This document shows, one piece after another, positions 25,501-38,275 of a DNA stretch of 64,000 bases. The stretch is from positions 20,896,001 through 20,960,000 of the forward strand of contig NC_058368.1 in the NCBI RefSeq assembly GCF_018350175.1, read 5' to 3'. The notes beneath the pieces were generated by a model, which was given only the letters and a program-made list of their open reading frames with translations, ran no database searches and was not told the DNA's origin. This stretch comes from Felis catus. Taxonomy: Eukaryota. Numbering within the stretch: the stretch's first letter is position 1; each line of letters begins with the position of its first letter. The position numbers and the translations under genes are program-made.

Positions 25501-27549
25501 AAAGCCTTAGACTACTCCATGGGAGACATAAATTCAGTGATGTGATGGAAAATATAGGCTCACTATGGGAGGGGGGGGTAGAATTACTATATTGGGAAGA
25601 TCTATTAATCTGTTGACAGTTTCTCAAAGAAAGTGATGGCAGCCTGCTAATTTGCCTCATTTGAAACCAGTCTGTATGAGGAACTGGAAAATCTATCTCA
25701 GGGAGCAGTACTGAGCAGTAGGCGAGGGATGAGTTGCCCTCATAAATCTTGTTCATTTTTCATCTTGACGATTTTTCTCTCCTGTTTCCTCTCATTCTCT
25801 TTTCCATTCTCTTGCCAAGCCCCCCTCAGATCTGCGAAATCCTCTTCTATGGAAAACTTTCTAGGCGAAGGGAAGCGGGGGCGGGGGGGTGTGCTAACCA
25901 ATGGCTTGGGATTATGAGCAGGGTCAGCAGATGGTCTGCATAACCCAGACCCTTCAAAGCTAACAAAGGGGTTTTCATCTCAGGTTACCCTCTTCTGCAG
26001 ACCTGAGTTGTCTGCACCTCTGCTGTTTGGTACCCCAGGAATAGACCTTAAAGATGTCGACTTTTAAATCAGGAGTTCAGATCCCAGTTCAAACGGCTGA
26101 CATGGTCTGGGTGAGCTAAGAGACGTTTTCAGCTCTGGTCAGAAGACTGAGCAACAGTCTCTCACACCTTTACAGCGGGAGTGTGGCAATGTCCCTAATG
26201 CTTTTTCAAGGGCTTTCATTTTTATCCAAATAGCCTCCAGTGTTGCCAAGTCAAAGGAAAGGTGTCGCTATCGTCCAAACTATAAGTGAGCAGTATAGTC
26301 TTATGTGAATCCAATTGAAAGAGAATTTTGCTGGAAGGTCCAAATAGCAAACCACTTTTTTCCAGATGTCAGAAAACTTGAGGTCTGTGTGAAGAGAAAT
26401 GCAGCACTCTGGACTTTTTATCTGGTGTGTCTATGGAAGGGCATGGATGAAAGGCTGGTAAAGCAAATGTGTGCTTCAACGGCTGCCGCTTTGTGCTGTG
26501 AGGGCGCCCCAACGGCCCCTGAGTTAGTATTTCAGAAATACACTCTGTGAGAGGCAAAACTGTCCTGGGAAAAACAGGACTTGGCCCCTCGCTTTTATTT
26601 ACTAAAATAAAGATTGCAGAAATAGACAGGGATGGAGAAAATGGTCTTGAAATATGTTCCTTGTTATAACCCTGTTGCCAGCACTTAAATAAAAGGGGGG
26701 TTTCAAGAAGAAAAATCCCTTCTCAGAGTCCCAGGGGAGCAATCCGGTCTTTGGGATCCCGGCCGACACAGCTGATGCAGACTCAAAACGTCGGCGGGGA
26801 TGAAATGCTCTGTGGCTAAAAGGAGAACCAAATCCTTCAAGTGAGAAGGAGTCCCACTACGTGAAAGCAAACCACATGAGGCTCTGCTGGTGACGCCTCC
26901 CCAAGAACCTAGCCTATCTCCCTCCACTCAGGAAGCACCTAACAAATAATAAAGCCCAAAGAATGAATTCGAGTTTTTAGAGCATAAAATATTAACCTAC
27001 AAAAGCCACAAGCTGACACAAGGTTTGTTCTCTGGAGCACGTAAAGGGCGCAGCTGGCCTCCCCACCCTCCTTCACCTGCGTTCCTTACTCACTGCTTCT
27101 TTCTTGAGTCCGTGTTCTCGGCTTGTATCCTGTAATTCCTCCCCAACCTGTTTAGCAGGCCCAATGGGGGCCCTCCATCAGAGAGTAAGTTCTGCTCTGT
27201 TCCTTCCAAGTAGGCAGATATGCTTGCCATCCTTCTGGGGTTCTAAGTCCTCTAACACCCGAGGGGTACGTTGTTCTTTGGTAAGTATACCGGCCTCCAG
27301 GTGACCCGGCGTACTCTGTGATTTGTCTGGAGTTTCATGGGCAGCTTGGGTGCTCAGTACCCCTTCTGGCTCTAAATTCTGCTCCTGAACTCCCTCTCTT
27401 TCTCAGCTGTTTCTCACCTCTGGAGTGGCTGCCCCTTTTCTGCATGCATGACCCTATGCCGGGCATCCTCCCGATTCCATCTATCCTTGAAGCAGCAGAC
27501 TTCTACCGAAGGCTGGGGTTTGTGAAGTCAGGCGACCAATTACATATGC

Positions 27550-27805
27550 AGAACAGCACAGAGAACGGTTTAAAATTAGACACCAGATTGCCTGGGTTGA
27601 AATTCCAGCACTGTTGTTTAACAGCTGTCTGACCTTGGGCATGTCACTTAACCTCTTCATGCCTCCGTTTCTCATTTGGAAATTGGGAATAAAAATAGTA
27701 CCTATTTCAGAGGGCTGTGGTGAGGATTAAGCAGGTAAATACATGTAAAGTACTAGAATAGTGTCTGGCATATGGTTAATTTTCTGTAAGTGTTGCTGTC
27801 ATTTC
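27550..27805 (+). mobile_element. near full-length MIR
   Basis: CCAGATTGCCTGGGTTGAAATTCC...GACCTTGGGCATGTCACTTAACCTC...GTGAGGATTAAG...ACATGTAAAGTACTAGAATAGTGTCTGGCATA. Confidence 0.92.
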
Positions 27806-28037
27806 GTTTATTTCACCTGGTACCTTCCTGACCACACTCCTACTGTTTAACTATTGAAGGGTCTGAACAAAAATAAAAGTTTATCCTCTACGGAGAATTT
27901 GTCCACTAATCTTGAGACACATTTCTGCTTTCTAGATGGTTAGCCACAAACTTCTAGGAACTGGAAGAAGTGCACACTACTGGCAGAACGATCATGCTCG
28001 TTCAATATCCACTATTCAACAGGCATTTATTATGCAC

Positions 28038-28472
28038 CATATTAATTTTCTAGGGCTGCTGTAACGAAGGACGTCAAACTAGGTGGTTTAGAATGACATA
28101 AATTTATTGTTCCACCGGTCAAGAAGCCAAAGTCTGAAATCAAGATGTAGACAAGGCCACGCTCCCTGTTGAAGATGCTAGGGAAGGATCTGTTCCAGGC
28201 CTTTCTCTCTGCTTCTGTCAGTTGCAAGCACTCCTTGGCTTGCAGATAGCTGTCTTTTTCCTGTGTCTCTTCACATCTTCCCTCTGTGCATGTCTCTTTG
28301 TGTCTAAATTTCCCCTTCGTGTACAGGCACATCTTGGATTAGGGCCCACCCTAGTGACCTCATCTTAACGCGATCATCTGAAAAGATCCTATCTCCAGAT
28401 TAGGCCATGTTCATAGGTACTGAGGGTGAATACTCCAGCATCCATAGGGGGGACACAATTTAAGCCAGAACA
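28038..28472 (-). mobile_element. MaLR solo LTR (MLT1B/C-like)
   Basis: TATTAATTTTCTAGGGCTGCTGTAAC...GGATTAGGGCCCACCCTA...GGGGGACACAATTTAAGCCAGAACA; 5-bp TSD TGCAC/TGCAT. Confidence 0.88.
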
Positions 28473-28987
28473 TGCATCTAGTATATTCCAGATCATCTAG
28501 GTACTGCAAACATAACCATGAAAAAACAAAAAAAAAGAGTTTCTGCTCTCATGGAGTTTATACTCTGCTTGGAGGAGATAAGAAATATAAAAAGTGTCAG
28601 GTAATGAATGGTGCCATGAAGAAGAATCAACAATGCTGAGGGACTGAGCATCATGGAGAGTGTGGTGTTGCTGTTTTATATTTGTGATCAGCAAAGACCA
28701 CTCTGGTAAGCTGACCTCCAACAAGAACCTGAAAAGTGAGGGATGAGTTATGGGGACACATCAGGAAGAAAGCTCCAGGCAGAAGGACAAGAGGTTCAAT
28801 GCCCTGAGGAAACAATGCCTGGCTTCTCAGGACATAGCCTGGAGGCTAGTGTGGCAGAAGAGAAGGTAGTGGGGACAGTGGCCAGAGGAAATGGGGTCAG
28901 GATAGGATGGGGGCTGAGGGCATGGCACACAGGGTCTGATCAAGAGCCATGGTAAGTTTCCCCTGGCTCCTACACTGAGTTCTACGG

Positions 28988-29514
28988 TGTCGGAGTCCAT
29001 TCAAGGTGGCATCATAAAATGCCACTGAGTAGGTGGCTTATAAACAACAGAAATTTATTTGTCACAGTTCTGGAAGGGTAATGTCCGAGATCAGGGCGCC
29101 ACTGTGGCTAGGTGAGGGTCCTCTTGTGGGTCACAGAACTGCTCATTGTGTCCTCACATTATGGAAGGGGAGAGGAGCTCTCTATAGCTTCTTTTTTTTT
29201 TATGTTTATTAATTTCTAAGAGAGAGACAGAGCATGAGTGGAGGAGAAGCAGAGAGAGACGGAGACACAGAATCTGAAGCAGGCTTCAGGCTCTGAGCTC
29301 ATGACCTGAGCCAAAGTCAGACACTTAACTGAATGAGCCACCCACGCGCCCCTCGATAGCTTCTTTTATAAGGGAATTAATCCCATACATGAGGGCTTCA
29401 CCCTCATGACCTCATCACTTCCCAAAGACCCCACCCTCTTAACACTATCACTTTGGGGGTTAGGATTTCAACATAAGGATTTGGGGGTTGGACACACATA
29501 TTCAGACCCTAGCA
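28988..29514 (-). mobile_element. MaLR solo LTR (MLT1A-like), interrupted by a SINE
   Basis: GGTGGCTTATAAACAACAGAAATTTATT...CCCTCATGACCTCATCACTTCCCAAAG...ATTCAGACCCTAGCA. Confidence 0.88.
29196..29352 (-). mobile_element. Can-SINE with an internal deletion
   Basis: TSD TC(T/G)ATAGCTTCTTTT at 29181-29195 and 29353-29367; lacks about 48 bp present in sibling copies. Confidence 0.93.
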
Positions 29515-29741
29515 GATGGGAAGTCTCGGGAGTGCTTAAGGCAGAGGGAGCAAATCTGACCTACATTTTAGAAGGCATCCTTCGAGCTTCTCAGTGAAGA
29601 GACTGGTAGCTGGTCAGGGGTAGGGGCAAGTGTAGCAGCCATGACCTTTACACGGAGAACTGGGTATTCTTCAACCCCTCAGGCTCATGCAGGGAGGTAA
29701 GAACAGTTAAGCATCCCTTGCCCCTTCTAGAAACAGAATCA

Positions 29742-29800
29742 CTACTTCTTGTAGGACACCTACTCATGTGGGACACCTACTTCTTGTGGGACACCTACTC
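29742..29800. repeat. short tandem repeat, 17-18-bp unit x about 3.3
   Basis: CTACTTCTTGTAGGACAC / CTACTCATGTGGGACAC / CTACTTCTTGTGGGACAC / CTACTC. Confidence 0.9.
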
Positions 29801-30034
29801 CCCCGCCCAGCCACATGGGTAGCCATATTTCCAGTCCTGACCAGTTAGAGGACTGCTTGGCCAGGGCTCCAATGTCCACAGATGAGTGAGTCTGGACCAA
29901 GGAGAAGCTGGACCAACCCCTACCTAGGATGACTGTGTCTGATCCATGGGCTTGCTGAGCTATAGGCAGAGAGCCTGGGGCATGTTTACCAGTTATAGCT
30001 GTCTAAGAGATAAGGAAGCGAATAAGCCCTTCCC

Positions 30035-30260
30035 TTGAGCCTTCACTGTGAGCACCTTCTAAAAGCTACGTATAGAGAAATCATTAAACCCTCACAACCA
30101 CTGTATGAAGTGTCTGATATTATTACATCATTTTAGAGATGAGGAATGAGGCATGAAGAAGTTATAAAAACCTCCCTAAGACTGTAATGCTAGGAAGTAG
30201 GACAGCCTCGATTCAAACCAATGGCCTTTGGTTCTAAGAGCCTGAATTCCTAAACCCCAC
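30035..30260 (-). mobile_element. MIR
   Basis: CCCTCACAACCACTGTATGAAG...CATTTTAGAGATGAGGAATGAGGC...GATTCAAACC. Confidence 0.75.
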
Positions 30261-30522
30261 TCTAGATTAGGGAGGATCTCAGGACTGCAAGGGGAGAAAG
30301 GGCCTCAAAGATAATTTAGTCTAGTGGTTTTCAACTCTAGCAAACTCAATGTTCTTTTTGATGACAAATGTTTTCTAACATCTCATCTAGTATTCTAAAA
30401 TGAACTCCATAGACAATATAGTTTACCTGCACAAATAATTGTTACATAATTAACACCCTTCTGTAATTATAATATAGAGTAAAACTAAAAGAAAATAGTT
30501 TATAATGTAAAAAGACATGTAT

Positions 30523-30545
30523 GGGGCGCCTGGGTGGCTGAGTCA
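30523..30545 (+). mobile_element. Can-SINE 5' stub (23 bp)
   Basis: GGGGCGCCTGGGTGGCTGAGTCA, then an abrupt switch to MLT2 sequence. Confidence 0.8.
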
Positions 30546-31027
30546 TATATACCTATATACAGTCATATGTAGGAATTGGTCACATGCACATGGAGGCCAA
30601 GAAATCCCACAATCTGCCAACCACAAGGTGGAGAATCAGAAAAGCTGGTGGTTAATTCAGTCCTGATTCAAAGGCCTGTGAATCCAGGACCGGGGTGTAA
30701 GTCACAGCCTGTGTCCAAAAGCCTAAGAACCAGTTGCACCAACATCCCAGGGCAGGAGAAAATGGATGTCTCAGCTCGAGCAGAGAAAGCGAACATGCCC
30801 TCCTTCCACCTTCTGTTCAGGCCCTCAAGGTAAGAAGATGCTCGGGAGCATTGGTGAGAGTGGTTTTCTTTACTCAGTTTACTCAGTAAACTTTACTCAG
30901 GTTACTCAATTCAAATGCTAATCTCTCCCAGAAACATGTCTTACAAATGCATCCAGGAATAATGTTTCACCAGATATCCGGGCATCCTTGAGCCCAGTCA
31001 AGTTAACACATAAAACTAACCGTCACA
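30546..31027 (-). mobile_element. ERVL LTR (MLT2B-like), one end missing
   Basis: GGAGGCCAAGAAATCCCACAATCTGCC...CAAATGCTAATCTCTCCCAGAAACA...CCCAGTCAAGTTAACACATAAAACTAACCGTCACA. Confidence 0.85.
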
Positions 31028-32313
31028 CAGGCTCACGTTACAGCTGAATGAAAGCCATAAATGCAAGCACTTTCAAAAATTAGCTTTCAATATGTTATAT
31101 GCAGAATTACTGCAAAATCAAACTAATGAAGACTTAAACACCAGGTTCATTATTACCATTGGTGATGCCATTTTCCAAAACAATGAACAATTCTTGGTAA
31201 AGGGCTGAATGAAACAAGGCACTATCTTCTCTCAGTATGCACAGTAGGACCAGTCTTGGTAAAGTCTTACATTTACTAAAACTCAAGGAAGTATTTGTGT
31301 GTGTTTGTGCACATACAGTCAGGTTTAGGTTCTATGTTTAGATAATTTAACATAGTTGAGTTTGATTCTAAGCTTGGATAACTACAAACAGGGTTTTCCA
31401 CCTACATGAATGTCCAAGCTATTAGCAAGTTGTGTGGGTATGAGATCATTCTTCATCGTGCAGGACATCTCAGGGAATAGCAGGTCACTTAACATTGCTG
31501 TCCTCCACCGCAAGCCACTAGTTCACCCCAACTGCTGCAACAACCAAAAACACCCCCTAAACTTCCAAAACCCACCACAGAGGGTACTGCCCCATTTGGG
31601 AACCAATGGTCTAGTCCAAACACACACTTCTGGTTCTTAAACCTCCCCTATAACATCCTAAGCACACACTCAATATACTTGTTGAATGAATAAAAATATG
31701 AATGAAGGAAAGTGTGGAACTGTTGAATACTAAAAACTCTGGAGAGTAATTAATTATCAGTAAACAAATTCTTTTTATAGGCATAGAAAGTTTCCTTGAG
31801 GCAACCATGCACATATGATATTTGTTTGTCTGTCTTTTTATGGATTCTTAAACTACTCAACTATTTCTTGAATTTGGAGAAGTTTTAAGTTGCTTAGAGA
31901 ACTACTAATGAGTTATAGTTACATAACTAAACTCTGAGGGAACCTTATATATTCTTGTCTTCTGCCTCTTTATTTTCAATCTTAAGGGCAAAGCCCTAAG
32001 TCCGTACCTTATATTATAGAAACGTGCTGGTCTCCAGAATTCACATCGTCCAACAGTAATGAAAATCACCTGTCCCTCTTCTAATGCTCTACAAGAGCTC
32101 TCAATTGCCTTCTGCACAATATTAAAACTCTAGTTAAAGGCTTTGATGCCTTCCACGGATGAATTCTTCTCACTATAAGCCCCAGCTTCTACTCTCTGCC
32201 CTGCTCCAGCACCATTGGCCACTCCTCTGCGTCTCTGTCCTCATGGAAAAGTCTCACTCCTTCCCATTTGCAAATCACTGCTTTGAGAATAGCTCAGCTA
32301 ATGCTATTCACAC

Positions 32314-32488
32314 AGACAGTTCTCAAAACTGATCATGCATTAGAATCACCTGAAGATTTTCAAAAATCTTCTTAGCAGGATCCACCCAGGACCTACTACA
32401 CCATAATCTTTCAGGGGTTGGAACCGAGACACGAATATTTTAAAACTTTCAGAGGTTCCCAGTATTCATCCAGGCTTGAGAACCACTA
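32314..32488. mobile_element. MER5B-like hAT-Charlie MITE
   Basis: CAGTTCTCAAAACTG...GCATTAGAATCACCTG...GGCTTGAGAACCACT. Confidence 0.75.
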
Positions 32489-32599
32489 CCCTGAGGTCGC
32501 ACACTACACCTGTATTTTATAAAGTTTGGATTCTATCTGTTGCACCTGCAAATGGTTTCCTGGCATGGACTTCTTCTCTCCCTCTTCAGAAAGACAGAA

Positions 32600-32730
32600 A
32601 GCTCTCAAGGCCTCTGAACCTTAAATCACCTGGGTATCTTGTCCAAATGTGAATTTTGATTCAGGGGTCTGGTGTGGGTGCCTAAGATTCTGCATTCCCA
32701 ATAAGCGCTGAAGTGTCCCAAAATATGCTC
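32600..32730. mobile_element. MER5A-like fragment
   Basis: AATCACCTGGG...TTGATTCAGGGGTCTGG...CCTAAGATTCTGCATT. Confidence 0.65.
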
Positions 32731-33029
32731 CCAGAATACAACCATATATGTGTAATATATGTGTCATTACATGTATGTGTGATAGGTGTGCGATTACCAT
32801 ACATATGTGGAATTACATATATGTGTTGTAGTCCTATCTATGTTATGTAACATAAGAATTACTCGCAAGATAAGAATTTTAAGGCATGAAGAAAGGGAGG
32901 CCTATTCCTTAATTGGTTCTCTGAGAAGATGATTGGAGCTGTTACTAGGGTAGGTGGCACCCGGGACAAATATTTTTTACTGTGCCTATATCTAAAAAAA
33001 TAATTCGATTAAAAATATATTACACCAAA

Positions 33030-34016
33030 CAGAAACCACAGTGAGATACCACTTCACACCCATTAGGATGGCTATAATCAGAATCAATGTAAAATAACAA
33101 GTGTTGGTGAGGGTATAAAAGAAGTTCGAACCCTCATACTCTGCTGGTATGAATATAAGATGATGCAGCTGCTTTGGAAAACTCCCCTCAAGTGATTCTA
33201 CATCCAGTTACTAGATGAGCCAGCAATGCCACTCCTAGGTATATACCCAAAAGAACTGAAAACAAAACCTATACACAAGTGTTCGTAGCAGCACTATTCA
33301 CAGCAGCCAAAAGGTGGAAACGACCCAAATGTCAACTGATGAATGGATAAACCAAATGTGCTATAGCCATACCGCAAAGTATTATTCAGCCACATGAAGG
33401 AATGAAGCACCGATCCATGATACAACATGGTGGAACCTCAAAAACATGCTAAATGAAAGGAGCCAAACGCAAAAGACCATATATTGTATGATTCCATTTA
33501 CACGAAGTATCAAGAATAGGGAATCCGTATAGAGAAAGATTAATGGTTGCTAGAAACTGGGGAAAAAAAGGAAATGGGAGTCATTTCTTAGTGGATACAG
33601 GGCTTCCTTTCGGTGTGATAAAAGTATCTTGTAAGTAGATAGAGGTGGTGGTTGTACAACATTGTGAAAGTACTAAATGCCGCTGAATTGTACAGTTTAT
33701 TCTCTTAATTTTTTATTTGAGTATAGTTGACACACAACATTACATTAGTTTCAGGTGCACAACTAGTGATTCAACAACTCTATATGCGATGTTGCGCTCA
33801 CCACAGTGCAACTACTGTCTGTCACCATCCATCGCTATTACTCTGTCATTGACTGTGTTCCCTGTGCCGTGTCTTTCATCCCTGTGACTTATTCCTTCTG
33901 TAACTGAAAGCCTGTATCTCCCACTTGCCTTCACCCATTTTGCCCATCCTCCCACCCCTGAACTGTATACTTGAAAAGGATTAATTTTATGTTACATGAA
34001 TTTAACTTCAAAAAAA
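33030..34016 (+). mobile_element. L1MB-like 3' fragment interrupted by an antisense L1
   Basis: AAACCACAGTGAGATACCACTTCACACCCATTAGGATGGC...GTACTAAATGCCGCTGAATTGTAC; tail resumes at 33958. Confidence 0.88.
33699..33957 (-). mobile_element. short L1 3' end (L1MA9/L1_Carn-like)
   Basis: GTATAGTTGACACACAACATTACATTAGTTTCAGGTG; degenerate TSD CTGAATTGTACAGTT / CTGAACTGTATACTT. Confidence 0.85.
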
Positions 34017-34100
34017 TACTTACAAAATCAGAGGTCGCATGTGAGATATAGTGATTTCTCAGTGAAGATTTAGAGTACTAGGTAGAGATGAGCTACTTAC

Positions 34101-34228
34101 CTACTCTTTGTCTAATTGTCCAATTGGCACGTGTGCTTTCTGGGCACCACCGCTTCCAGCTCAGGTCCAGGAACTCTCTCTTTAGGCTCTTTATTGTCGA
34201 TTGTGCCCCTTGCTGGTCAATTTCATAT
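34101..34228 (-). other. candidate spliced exon (128 nt), gene unknown
   Basis: Minus strand: acceptor ttttgcttcatgatggcag, consensus donor TAG|gtaagt; one open frame YEIDQQGAQSTIKSLKREFLDLSWKRWCPESTRANWTIRQRV; no recognised homology. Confidence 0.22.
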
Positions 34229-35306
34229 CTGCCATCATGAAGCAAAAGTAGCCACACTGTTATTAGCCACGGTATCATGGCTCTTCAGAGCCTGTGTATA
34301 TTAAAACATTTCAGATCTTGCCCCTGAATTTACTTGATAATGATTACATCATAACCATGTGAATATTGGCTTCTAATAACTCACTCCAAGGTTGTTACCA
34401 TGCCTGATTCATGAATGAGGACCACAAATACAAGTCATATCCAGAGAATGTAGGCAAAATTAGACAATAATTTCTTTTCTGGTCATGTTAAATTTACCAT
34501 TCAGAATTTTGTACAATAAACATAGAACAACACATCTTCCAACCGTGTCTCCTCCTGTACTTTTTAGGATGTAATCTCTGCATTCCCGCAATGTGACTTT
34601 TTCAGTGTTGGCCGCACCTCTGCTATTCTTAGACTGCCACCAAAAAAGACGACAAGAAGGGCCTGTAGGCAGACTGATAAAGGGTGGTCTCATTCACATA
34701 AGAAATGTCATTCCTGTACCCTGGGTAGCTTAAGATTGACCTGGGAGAGTGTGATGTCACCACGTCAAGTGGGCACTACAAGAGAGAACATATATTGGTA
34801 GGGCCATTTGTCACTGAGGAGTGATACTATTGAAAGCTCTTGGAGGAAAAAGGCACAGGTGTTTGCTTGGTTCTGAAAGTGGCACCAGTTCAGAGGCAAG
34901 TATGGCCCTCCTGCTCTGTGAAGCACAGTCGTCTGTTTGGTGTATAAAAGAAGGGGTCTTCATACATCCACCTCTCTCAACTTAAGATTTAATAGCTTTC
35001 TTTTTCTCTCTTTAAATTGTAAGTCTACCAAGCAAGATCAAGTCATGAGTCTTCAAAAACACAATCTTGGGGCTCAACCAAATTTGAGTTTTGATTTTCA
35101 GATGAATGCAAACTGTTGCAAATAACAAAATGGATTATCACCAAAATGCAAGATCTTGATGGCTAAAATTCTGTCCCCCCACCCTTCACCAATATAACAT
35201 CAGTATTTGCCTATTATTTTTCAAATAAAAAAAAAACTATAGCTTTCTGGACACCCCAGTGGGATGAATCCTATGGACAAAATGAACTTCAAAACATTCT
35301 AAAACT

Positions 35307-35530
35307 GGGGTGCCTGGGTGGCTCAGTCAGTTAAGTGGCAGACTTCAACTCAGGTCATGTTCTCACACCCCGTGAGTTCGAGCCCCACGTCGGGCTCTGT
35401 GCTGACAGCTCAGAACCTGGAGCCTGCTTCGGATTCTGTGTCTCCTTCTCTCTCTGCCCCTCCGCCTCTTGCACTCTGTCTCTCTCTCACTCTCAACAAT
35501 AAATAAACATTAAAAAATTAAAAAAATAAT
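35307..35530 (+). mobile_element. Can-SINE (SINEC_Fc-type)
   Basis: TSD AAA(A/G)CATTCTAAAACT at 35291-35306 and 35531-35546. Confidence 0.97.
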
Positions 35531-36894
35531 AAAGCATTCTAAAACTATTTGTTGTTATCACAGTGTTAGTAGTAGAGTTTATATTGTAATTTAGAAACTG
35601 TTGTGTGCAAATGAATACTTCTTTTAAAAATCTAACAGAAAATATAGGCTAAGAAAAAAATAGATTGGATATTGGAAAATATGTTTAAATGGTGAAATGT
35701 CTAGAATTATCAAAGTTGCTGAGAAGTGGTTAAATTGTCCAAGTAGTATAAAGCAGTACTATTTGAGGCACTCTAGCACAGACTATAAAAGGCAAATGTA
35801 AACACGCTGTACGCAATTTTGCATCCCTCAAATTTTTCCTCTCTTTATTTTTTGTCAATGTATAGTAAGAATGGGAACAGAGTGGGATAGAAGGTGAAAG
35901 GCCCTGACAACACACTAAACTCACCAGGCCTGGGCATGGGTAACCTCACATTCTTACCACATTAAGTAGGAACTTAATCATCCACTCACCTGACTATCAT
36001 AGACTCACACAATGTAAGACTTCCACAGATCAGACGAGATGATCTATTCAGTCCACCCATTTCCCAGATAAGTAAACTAAGGCTTAACCAGATGATACTC
36101 AAACTCAGAAACAAGGAAGCCTGAGATGAAGTAGTGTCAAAACCAAAACAAGGACATGGGCCTAGTCCCTGGGCCAGTCTACTGTACCAAACCTCACTCC
36201 ATTACATCAACCACAAGGCATTTCAGTGCTGCGTGGAAGGAACCTGCACCCCTCCACCACGGGAGAGTGCAAGAACAACTTTCTATCTGGACAACTGGCA
36301 TTTTAAAGTCAACCAGATAGAAACAGAAGTGAAAATATTGACTTTTTTTCACAGTAACATTCTGCTGTCGTCTCTGGTGTGGAAAAACACTTCACTGGAG
36401 TCTACATGGAACCAACATTGCCCTCCACAGTAGCACAGTGTGAGGCGACACAAGGCAAATGCTTCCACTTTGTGCAGTCCTAAGCATTTTCCTCTTGCCT
36501 ACATTGGTTCCATGGAGTTTGAAATGCTTTTTGAGAAAACACAGACCTAGACTCAGACCAGATATGGAAGGTCCAAGTTTGCACCCACACCTGATTTTAA
36601 CAACTTGCCTTCAAAACCTTGTTTTCAGTGTCCTGAAAGAGAGCAGGGAGGGAAATCACATTTTTCTTCCCTTTATCAATTTATGACTTTCTTCTTTGTT
36701 GACTTATGGCTCTTTGATATTTATTTTGGAAATTTCCCCTAAATCAGTAGGGAAAAAAAGTCCAAAAGATTCCAAGAAAACTTTTCACTTGTATAGGTCT
36801 GGTATCCACATTAAGAACCAATAGCTTTGCTTACAAGCAGCCAGGGCCATGGAAATGACCTAACCCTTGAACTGCAGTGAAGGCTTTTTAGTCA

Positions 36895-36967
36895 TGGCCC
36901 ATAAGAGAGGCTCAATGACCACCAAATAACTAAAAAGCCTTGGCCCATAAGAGAGGCTCAATGACCA
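36895..36967. repeat. 27-bp direct duplication with a 19-nt spacer
   Basis: TGGCCCATAAGAGAGGCTCAATGACCA at 36895-36921 and 36941-36967. Confidence 0.97.
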
Positions 36968-37364
36968 TCATTATTTGGTTTCCATGACTCTGATAACCCT
37001 TCCCAATAGGATGTTCACAAATCTTGATTATGAGGAAATGATGAAGCTTGTCGACAAGTGAGAGATGAGCAATCTCATTTTGACATGGTAATTCCCCTTC
37101 AAAAATATAAACCCAATATAACTGGGTTGTTCTGTGTCAGTAGCTCTGTGTCAACTTATAGCTATAAATAGGCACTATCATCTGGAAACTGAGAATTTAC
37201 TTCAGAAAAACATATCCTTAGTTTCAGCAGCCCGTCTAAAGAAATTTCTAGCTTTTGAAAGATAACTGAATTCATCAGACCAGTATCTCTCTGAATGCTT
37301 CCAACAAACTTAACGTACAAAGAATGCAGTTCTAACAACAAATTTAGTAGCCATTATGAAAGAG

Positions 37365-37630
37365 CTATTCATTCATTTATTCATTCACTCATTCATTCTA
37401 CATTTTTATTAAGTTTCTACTTTGTGCCCAATAGGAGTTGGAAATATGTAGGTAAAGACGATAGACACCACCCCTGCCTTCATGATATCAAGAAAGATAC
37501 TAAACAAAAACACAAGAGACTGTAGAATTACAGTTGCGATTAATATTGCAAAGAAAAATCCAGGGAGCTATGAAATTTTATAAGAGCAGGAACTAACATC
37601 TTATACAAGTCAAGGAAGTTCTGTTGGCAA
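37365..37630 (-). mobile_element. L2 3' fragment
   Basis: (TTCA)n-like start, then TTTATTAAGTTTCTACTTTGTGCC...CCCTGCCTTCATG. Confidence 0.7.
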
Positions 37631-38275
37631 GGAGAGTTGTAATTTATAGTTATTTAAGCTGAACCCTTGAAAGACGAGACGGAGGTCACTGCTGTCCCCT
37701 TAGATATCTGTTGTTTTTTTTTTTTATTTTCTGAGAAGTCTTCAGCATTTATTTTAGCGCTATTTTTCGTTATTCCCACCAAATAGTCACTCAATAAAAA
37801 AAAAGGGGGGGGGGCTAAATTGGCACATAGATGAAGAAGGGGCACAACTCTTATTCAGGGCTACATTATCATCATTCTAAATTACCCAGATCCTAATTTA
37901 ATGTCCTAAATCTAAGCTAGTCTCCATTCCTTGCTCATTAGCATCAAGGAAAAGAAATTGAACTCAGAACTCCCGCCTCTACTGTTGACTCTTGCATGCT
38001 CATTAATCACATAAAGTCGCTGGACTGTTTAGACACCTTTCCAGGCAACTTAGAGCAACACGTCCCTTATGTCTGTCAGTAATTTTTCAGCTCCACAGTA
38101 ATTGCAGTGTTCTCTGTGAGACACAGTGTGAGAAATAATTTACTTGAGTGTGATTATTTTATTTGGACAGAGATCAACAGGGAATAGAAAGGGAAAGTAT
38201 TTTAAAAGTCAATGATGCAGGTCTCAAGCTCCAGAGATGGCTCTCCTTTGGAATATTTTTAGCAGAAATGGATTT

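Larger units (their letters stand above)
28000..29630 (-). mobile_element. L2 fragment interrupted by two MaLR LTRs
   Basis: TTCAACAGGCATTTATTATGCAC|LTR|...CTGCTCTCATGGAGTTTATACTC... antisense L2 3' region continues between and after the LTRs. Confidence 0.7.
30322..31608. mobile_element. hAT-Charlie element interrupted by a SINE stub and MLT2
   Basis: Ends TAGTGGTTTTCAA / TTGGGAACCAATG; 8-bp TSD-like ATTTAGTC / GTCTAGTC resembling the Charlie NTCTAGAN target. Confidence 0.6.

Noticed and set aside
36895..36967. Repeat-spacer-repeat resembling a minimal CRISPR array
   Set aside because: Only two repeats in mammalian DNA, no cas genes, and the spacer is explained by inverted copies of the local flanks
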